Shown here piece by piece: positions 58,115 to 64,000 of a stretch of DNA of 64,000 bases. The stretch is from positions 3,328,001 to 3,392,000 of the forward strand of contig CBDDPY010000002.1 of the NCBI GenBank assembly GCA_965232515.1. The letters run 5' to 3'. Every line of letters begins with the position of its first letter. The stretch's first letter is position 1. This stretch comes from Alphaproteobacteria bacterium (GTDB lineage: Bacteria > Pseudomonadota > Alphaproteobacteria > GCA-2731375). The notes beneath the pieces are model-generated. The model had not been told where the DNA came from. It was given only the letters and a program-made list of their open reading frames with translations, and made no database searches. A program made the translations under genes and the position numbers.

Positions 58115-58789
58115 TTGGTTTTCTGGATAGCGAGCGCGGTTGGATTAGCGATCGCCTACCTCTTCGGTTCGGTACCCACGGGTTATCTGGCGGGCAGACT
58201 GCTCAAGGGCATCGATATCCGCGAGCATGGCTCCAGATCGACCGGCGCGACGAACGTCTTGCGGACGCTCGGGAAATGGCCCGCGTTGGTGGTGCTCCTG
58301 GTCGATGTGCTGAAAGGCGCGGGGGCGATCGTCTTTGCCCACTGGTTTTTTCCTTGGCTCTATACGTTGCCGTCCGTCACGCCGCCGACGGCGCTCGATC
58401 CGCCGGTCTGGGCGCCTTGGGCTGTTTGCCTGGCCGGGCTTGCGGCGTTGTTGGGGCATGGCCGTTCGATCTGGTTGAACTTTACCGGCGGCAAATCCGC
58501 GGCGACGGGGCTGGGCGTGTTGCTGGCGATGTCCTGGCCGGTCGGTTTGGGCGCCGCGGCGGTATTTGGCGTCGTGCTGGCGGTTTTTCGGATTGTCTCC
58601 CTCGGTTCGATACTGGCGGCGTTGGCCGCGGTCGCCCTGATCTTCGGCTTGGCGCACCCGTTGCCCTATCAGTTGCTGGTGATTGCCGGCGGCCTTTACG
58701 TGATTGTGCGCCATCGCGCCAACATCCGGCGGCTGCTGGCCGGGACGGAGCCGCGCCTGGGGCAAAGCAGCCCGGAACCGGAAACGTAA
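58115..58789 (+). CDS. plsY: Glycerol-3-phosphate 1-O-acyltransferase
   Basis: AYLFGSVP.G, DIREHGS.STGATNV.R, DVLKG, GH, FTGGKS.AT..G, RHRANIRRL..GTE. Confidence 0.93.
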   Translation: MVFWIASAVGLAIAYLFGSVPTGYLAGRLLKGIDIREHGSRSTGATNVLRTLGKWPALVVLLVDVLKGAGAIVFAHWFFPWLYTLPSVTPPTALDPPVWAPWAVCLAGLAALLGHGRSIWLNFTGGKSAATGLGVLLAMSWPVGLGAAAVFGVVLAVFRIVSLGSILAALAAVALIFGLAHPLPYQLLVIAGGLYVIVRHRANIRRLLAGTEPRLGQSSPEPET

Positions 58790-58831
58790 TCGCGCGACCT
58801 ATTCGCGGCATGATCTCGCGCCGCGACCGTC

Positions 58832-59620
58832 TCACGCGCCGTCTTTGCGGGCCTTGAAGTCCGGTTGCCGGCGTTCGCGGAAGGCGGCGAGGCCTTCCTG
58901 GATGTCGTCGCCCTGGCCGGCCGCCATGGCGAGCCAGTATTCCATGGCGTCGGCCGCCTCGACGCTTTGGTAGAGCGTCGTCAGGGCGATGCGTTTGTAG
59001 GACTGGACGGAGACGGGCGACATGACGGCGATCTCCGCGGCCATGCCGACGGCGCGGTCGACGAGCTCGGCCGCGGGCACCACCAAGTTGACGAAGCCGA
59101 AGTGTTCGGCGCGGGCGCTCGACAGCTCGGTGCCGCGCATGATCATCTCGTTGACGATCGCCGGCGGCAGCAGGTGCGGCAAGCGCGACGACTGGCCGGC
59201 GATGGGCACGATGCCGAGCCTGGCGCCCGGCACGCCGAAGGTCGCGTCAGGCGTCGCCAGCCTGAGATCGCTGTTGAGCGCGAGGCAGAACCCGCCCGCG
59301 TAGGCCGCGCCGTTGACGGCGGCGATCACCGGTTTCATGGTGTTTCGCGGGCACAGGAAGACCTGCATGTGTTCTTCTTCGTAGAGATGGCCGAGATTGC
59401 CCGGCGCCATGGCCTTGATGTCGTGGCCGGCGCAGAAGGCCTTGTCGCCGGCGCCGGTGAGCACGATCGCGCGCACCGAGGCGTCGGCGTCGAACGTCCG
59501 AAAGGCCTCCAGCATCTGCGCGATCATCGCGGGCGTCATGGCGTTCCGCTTGTCGGGCCGGTCGATGGTGATGAGCGCGACGCCGGGTTGCGCGACCTCG
59601 GCCGTTACGATCCCGTCCAA
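58832..59620 (-). CDS. Crotonase/enoyl-CoA hydratase family protein
   Basis: DRPDKRNAM, AFCAGHDI, KPVIAAVNG.AYAGG, EGLAAFRERRQPDF. Confidence 0.88.
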   Translation of the reverse strand: MDGIVTAEVAQPGVALITIDRPDKRNAMTPAMIAQMLEAFRTFDADASVRAIVLTGAGDKAFCAGHDIKAMAPGNLGHLYEEEHMQVFLCPRNTMKPVIAAVNGAAYAGGFCLALNSDLRLATPDATFGVPGARLGIVPIAGQSSRLPHLLPPAIVNEMIMRGTELSSARAEHFGFVNLVVPAAELVDRAVGMAAEIAVMSPVSVQSYKRIALTTLYQSVEAADAMEYWLAMAAGQGDDIQEGLAAFRERRQPDFKARKDGA

Positions 59621-59621
59621 A

Positions 59622-61187
59622 TCACCCTCCCCTCATTTCCAATGGCGTTGTGTGTTCGGCGTGCCGTTTCATGAGTTCCTTGCGAAGCACCTTGCCGCCG
59701 GCGTTTCGCGGCAGTTCGTCGACCACGATGAATTCGGCCGGGACCTTCGCGGGCGAAAGGTTCTCCCGGCAATGTTGCGTCAGCCCATCGGCGACGTCGT
59801 CGTTTCCGGCGTCACGAGCGACGATAAAGGCGGTTACCTTTTGGCCGAGCACGGCGTCCGGCGTGCCGACGACCGCCACGTCCAGAACGGCGTGGTGTCG
59901 GGCGAGCGCATTCTCGACCTCGATCGGCGAGATGTTCAGGCCGCCGCGGATGATCATCTCGGACGTGCGGCCGGAGAGGAAGATGTTGCCGTCCGCGTCG
60001 ACGCGACCGATGTCCTGGGTATGGATCCACCCGTCGCGCACGCGCTCGGCCGTCAGCGCCGGATCGCCGAGATAGCCGCGCATCAGCGTCGGTCCGCGCA
60101 TGGTGATCTCGCCGGTCTCGCCGACAGCGAGCGGCCGGCCGTCGGGGTCGCGGACGCAGACCTCGAAGCCCGGGCTGATCTTGCCGACGCCGTGCGCGAG
60201 ATGCGGTTCGTCGGCCGGTTCGACGGCGGCGCCGGGGATCTCGGTCATGCCGTAGTTCGCGATCAGCGATACGCGGCTGAAGGCCCGGAACCGCTCGACG
60301 TCGGCATGGCTGATCGGCGCCGACGCCGTGTAGAGCGCCCTCAGCGACGAGAGATCGTAGCGGTCGTTGCCCTCAAGGTTGAGGATCATCAGCACCATCG
60401 CCGGCACGAAGGCCGCGGTGGTGACGCGGTGGCGTTCGATGGCGGCCAGCGCGCGTTCGGGATGGAAGCGCTCGAGCAGGACCAGGGTCGCGCCCGCGTA
60501 GATCACCGACGCGGCGCTGAAGATCAGGCCGTAGATGGTGTGGAACGGCAGCGCGCCGAGGACGACGTCGCCGGGCGAGAGCTTCCAGGTCCGCATAAGG
60601 ACCTCGTGCAGCGCCCGCAGCGTCGCGCGGCTGTGGACGATCGCCTTCGGCTTGCTGGTGGTGCCGGAACTGAACAGCACCACGGCCCAGTCGTCCGGAT
60701 GGTCCGGCATGGCGGCAGGCCGGACGGCGGCCGATGGATCTTTGCCCCGCACCCAATGGGGCAAGGCGCCGTCCGTCGAGTCCGACAACGTGTGCCAGGC
60801 CGCCGCGGTCGGCGGTGGAATGGATGCGGCCGCGCGCCGGCCGGCCAGCACGTGCCGCGCGCCGGTGACCTCGAGATAGTGGTCGACGTCGGCGCCCGTG
60901 CCGGTCGGATCGCCGACGACGATAACGGCCTCGATCGCATGCAGCGCCCAGTAGGTGACGACCGACTCGGCGCAGACGTCGAGCAGCACCAGCACCGGAT
61001 CGCCGGCCTCGATGCCGAGCGTCCGCAGCGTCAGAGCGCAGGCGTCGATCTCCGATCTCAATTGTCCGTAGCTAAGGCAACGACGTTCGTCGACGACGCC
61101 GTCCTGCTCCGATCGGTTATCGGCATGTTGCCAGATCGCCGCCACAATGGGTGGCGGCGGGGCGTTCGGTCCCCTCGTCCCGGTCAT
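59622..61187 (-). CDS. Acyl-CoA synthetase (class I adenylate-forming)
   Basis: FSSGTTSKPK, YGMTE, TQDIG, GR..EMIIRGG.NI.P.EVE, PRNAGGKVL. Confidence 0.93.
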   Translation of the reverse strand: MTGTRGPNAPPPPIVAAIWQHADNRSEQDGVVDERRCLSYGQLRSEIDACALTLRTLGIEAGDPVLVLLDVCAESVVTYWALHAIEAVIVVGDPTGTGADVDHYLEVTGARHVLAGRRAAASIPPPTAAAWHTLSDSTDGALPHWVRGKDPSAAVRPAAMPDHPDDWAVVLFSSGTTSKPKAIVHSRATLRALHEVLMRTWKLSPGDVVLGALPFHTIYGLIFSAASVIYAGATLVLLERFHPERALAAIERHRVTTAAFVPAMVLMILNLEGNDRYDLSSLRALYTASAPISHADVERFRAFSRVSLIANYGMTEIPGAAVEPADEPHLAHGVGKISPGFEVCVRDPDGRPLAVGETGEITMRGPTLMRGYLGDPALTAERVRDGWIHTQDIGRVDADGNIFLSGRTSEMIIRGGLNISPIEVENALARHHAVLDVAVVGTPDAVLGQKVTAFIVARDAGNDDVADGLTQHCRENLSPAKVPAEFIVVDELPRNAGGKVLRKELMKRHAEHTTPLEMRGG

Positions 61188-61540
61188 TTCACCCCGCGAA
61201 GATCCTGTGCGACGACGAGCATGGACATTCCATCCGGCGCCGGCAAGCGCACGATATCATCGCGATGCCGCGGCGCGTCATCCGAGAGCACCTGACCACC
61301 ATCGCCCAGCCAGCGGGCGACTAGCCCGCATTTCTCAAACCCGGCACGGTCTGCGCGTGGGGTTCGATGTTCTTGCGGATCGACTCGGCGTGCGGCCGCA
61401 GATCGCGCCGGAACCCGGGCGGCGAATCGTCTGCCTTGTCCGCAAAAGGTCGCTTTCAGACATTTTCCCCGGCGCCGGATCGTGTCCATATTTCAAGACG
61501 GAATCGGGCGTCGATAGACCGCCAGCATGCGGAGAGAGAC

Positions 61541-64000
61541 ATGGCACGGATACCGGAACGGGCGAACGTCGTGATCATCGGCCTCGGCGGGATCGTGGGG
61601 GCATCGGTCGCCCATCACCTCGTCGAGCGGGGGTGGGACGACATCGTCGGCATCGACACATCGTCGATCCCAACCGATATCGGCTCGACATCGCATGCGT
61701 CGGATTTCTGCTACGCGACCAGCCACGATTTCCTCTCCTGCTGGACCACGCTCTATTCCATCGATTTCTACGAAAAGATGGGCCACTACGCCAAGGTGGG
61801 CGGGCTGGAAGTCGCCCGGGTCGGCGACGATGCCAGGATGGACGAGATCAAGCGCAAGGTCGCGTCCGGCAAGGCCTTCGGCACCGGCGCGCGGCTGGTG
61901 ACCCCGGCCGAAATCAAACAGAAGTTCCCCCCGATCGAGGAAGACCTGGTGCAGGGTGGCATGTGGGACCCCAATGCCGGGCTTGTCGTTCCGCGTTCGC
62001 AGGTCGTGGCCGGCCTGCTGGTCGAGAACGCCGAGAAATCCGGCAAGCTGAAAGCCTTCGCGAACACGCCCGCCACCGGCCTGATCATCGAGGACGGCCG
62101 CATCCGGGGCGTCGAAACCCCGCGCGGCAGGATCCTGGCCGACCGCGTCGTCGTCTGCGCCGGCCTCTGGGGGCGTCTCGTCGCCGGCATGGCCGGCGAG
62201 GACCTGCCCGTCATGCCGGTCGACCATCCGCTGCTTTGGTTCGGCCCCTATGACGCCTTCGCCGGCACCGGCAAGGACATCGGCTGGCCGCTGCTGCGCG
62301 ACCAGGGCAACTCCGCCTATATGCGCGACACGGGCGATCCCAAGACGACCGAAGGCGGCATGATCGAATGGGGCTACTACGAGGAAACCGAGCCGCGCCT
62401 CTGCCATCCGCGGGACCTGCTGGAGAAAACGCAAGCGCGCCTTTCGCCGTCCCAGCGCGACCTGGATATCGAGCAGGTCATGGAACCGCTGGAGCGGGCG
62501 ATGGAGCTGACGCCCGTTCTGTCGGCGCTTGGCTACGACGAGAAACGATCCTTCAACGGCCTGCTGCAGGTCACGACGGACGGCGGCCCCTCGATCGGCG
62601 AAAGCCAGAAGACGCGCGGCCTTTGGTATGCCGTCGCGATTTGGGTCAAGGACGGTCCGGGCATGGGCAAGCTGATCGCCGACTGGATGACGGACGGGCG
62701 CACGGAGATCGACCATCATGCGATCGACTATGCGCGCTTCTATCCGTTCCAGACCGACGAGGCGTTCATCCACGCGCGCTGCACCGAAACCGCGCGGAAG
62801 ATCTACAATCCGGCGGTGCATCCGCGCGAGCCCTTCGCCGGCGGCCGGGACGTGCGCCGCAGCCCCTTCTACGCGCGCGAAAAGGAGCTCGGCGGCTATT
62901 TCATGGAACTCGGCGGGTGGGAACGCGCGCACGGCTACGCCAGCAACGAACATTTGCTGGAGAAGTACGGAAATCAGGTGCCGGTGCGCGAAAACGAATG
63001 GGACAACCGGCATTTCTGGCGCGTCTCGAACGCCGAGCATCTCGAGATGAGCGCCGACGTCGGCATGGTCAACCTCTCGCACTTCGCCATGTACGACGTG
63101 ACCGGACCGGACCACGTCAAGTTCATGGAACATCTCTGCGTCGCCAGGGTCGGCGGCGACAATCAAGTCGGCAAGGGGATCTACACCCACTTCCTCGACG
63201 AACGGGGCATGGTGAAGGCCGACTTCACGGTGTTCCGCATGGCCGACCGCTTCCGTTTCATCGACGGCGCGGACGCGGGAAACCGGGACTTCGTCTACAT
63301 GAAACGCATGGCGGCCGATCTCGGCCATGACGTGGAAATTGCCGACGTCTCGACCGATTTCACCACGATCGGGCTTTGGGGCCCGAACGCCAGGGCGACG
63401 CTGCGCAAGGCGGTGACGGCGCCGGATGCCCTGGCCCACGAAAACTTCCCCTTCGCCGCGATCAGGCAAATCGAGATCGCCGGCAAGGAGGTCACGGCGT
63501 TCCGCATCTCGTATGTCGGCGAACAGGGCTGGGAACTGCACACGGCCTACGAGGACGGCCTCGCGGTCTGGGATGCGCTTCGGGCCCTGGACGTCATGCC
63601 GTTCGGGGTGGAGACCTACGCCAATTCCCGGCGGATGGAAAAGAGCCTGCGTCTGCAGAACGCGGATCTGCTGACCGAGTACAATCTGCTGGAAGCCGAC
63701 TTGGCGCGCCCGAAGGTCAAGGATGCGGACTTCATCGGAAAGGCAGCCTATCTGGAACACCGCGCGCGGGCGCATCAGCCGGCCATGCTCTGCACGCTGG
63801 TGATGACCGACAACGTGGATTCGAAGGGCGTCGCCCGTTATCCCGTCGGCATCCTGCCGATCCTGGATCCGGCGACCGGCGACACCCTGGTCGATACCGA
63901 AGGCCGCCGCTCCTTCACCACCTCCATCGCCTACGGCCCGTCGATCGGCAAGAACATCGCGCTCGGCTATCTGCCGCACGCGCACGCGGTCAAGGGCAAG
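61541..64000 (+). CDS. GcvT-family FAD-dependent oxidoreductase (dimethylglycine/sarcosine dehydrogenase-like), truncated by window end
   Basis: ATG at 61541 after GGAGAGAG reads MARIPERANVVIIGLGGIVGASVAHHL...GSTSHAS; later GWERAH, RISYVGEQGWELH, RMEK. Absent from the track because it has no stop in the window. Confidence 0.88.
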   Translation, partial: MARIPERANVVIIGLGGIVGASVAHHLVERGWDDIVGIDTSSIPTDIGSTSHASDFCYATSHDFLSCWTTLYSIDFYEKMGHYAKVGGLEVARVGDDARMDEIKRKVASGKAFGTGARLVTPAEIKQKFPPIEEDLVQGGMWDPNAGLVVPRSQVVAGLLVENAEKSGKLKAFANTPATGLIIEDGRIRGVETPRGRILADRVVVCAGLWGRLVAGMAGEDLPVMPVDHPLLWFGPYDAFAGTGKDIGWPLLRDQGNSAYMRDTGDPKTTEGGMIEWGYYEETEPRLCHPRDLLEKTQARLSPSQRDLDIEQVMEPLERAMELTPVLSALGYDEKRSFNGLLQVTTDGGPSIGESQKTRGLWYAVAIWVKDGPGMGKLIADWMTDGRTEIDHHAIDYARFYPFQTDEAFIHARCTETARKIYNPAVHPREPFAGGRDVRRSPFYAREKELGGYFMELGGWERAHGYASNEHLLEKYGNQVPVRENEWDNRHFWRVSNAEHLEMSADVGMVNLSHFAMYDVTGPDHVKFMEHLCVARVGGDNQVGKGIYTHFLDERGMVKADFTVFRMADRFRFIDGADAGNRDFVYMKRMAADLGHDVEIADVSTDFTTIGLWGPNARATLRKAVTAPDALAHENFPFAAIRQIEIAGKEVTAFRISYVGEQGWELHTAYEDGLAVWDALRALDVMPFGVETYANSRRMEKSLRLQNADLLTEYNLLEADLARPKVKDADFIGKAAYLEHRARAHQPAMLCTLVMTDNVDSKGVARYPVGILPILDPATGDTLVDTEGRRSFTTSIAYGPSIGKNIALGYLPHAHAVKGK

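Noticed and set aside
61493-63985. 830-aa minus-strand ORF
   Set aside because: Antisense shadow of the plus-strand GcvT-family gene, which the track omitted because it has no stop in the window.
1-64000. Many long overlapping Arg/Pro/Ala-rich ORFs (e.g. 1647-3458, 7057-8973, 45621-47414, 59397-61295)
   Set aside because: Expected stop-poor alternative frames in high-GC DNA; no motifs.

Overview
A 64 kb window from a high-GC bacterium, most likely an Alphaproteobacterium (soeABC, TRAP, Cle-type regulator, rhizobial-type palindromic repeats). It is densely coding, with about 58 genes, and I saw no rRNA, tRNA or CRISPR array. Most content is catabolic: an organosulfur block (3-sulfinopropionyl-CoA desulfinase-like gene, carboxyltransferase, soeABC), ggt, a ureohydrolase, a three-gene T2SS fragment, a P450/decarboxylase/thioesterase/DehI-like run, an IS5 element, an ABC and a TRAP transporter, putA, iorAB, and a GcvT-family dehydrogenase cut off by the window end. 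The strongest candidates for undescribed biology are: (1) a PaaX-controlled locus with two non-canonical PaaA-like diiron-fold proteins, an unknown protein and a flavodoxin, with a matching GATAC-N27-GTATC motif in both divergent intergenic regions; (2) a 1069-aa autotransporter-passenger-like protein that ends in a divergent PEP-CTERM-type tail instead of a beta-barrel, divergent from a TIGR03032-family gene; (3) an alanine-racemase homologue lacking the catalytic Tyr loop; (4) a Cle-type regulator paired with a His-less Hpt-like protein; (5) desulfinase and sulfite dehydrogenase co-location. All family assignments come from motif recognition and memory; no database searches were run.
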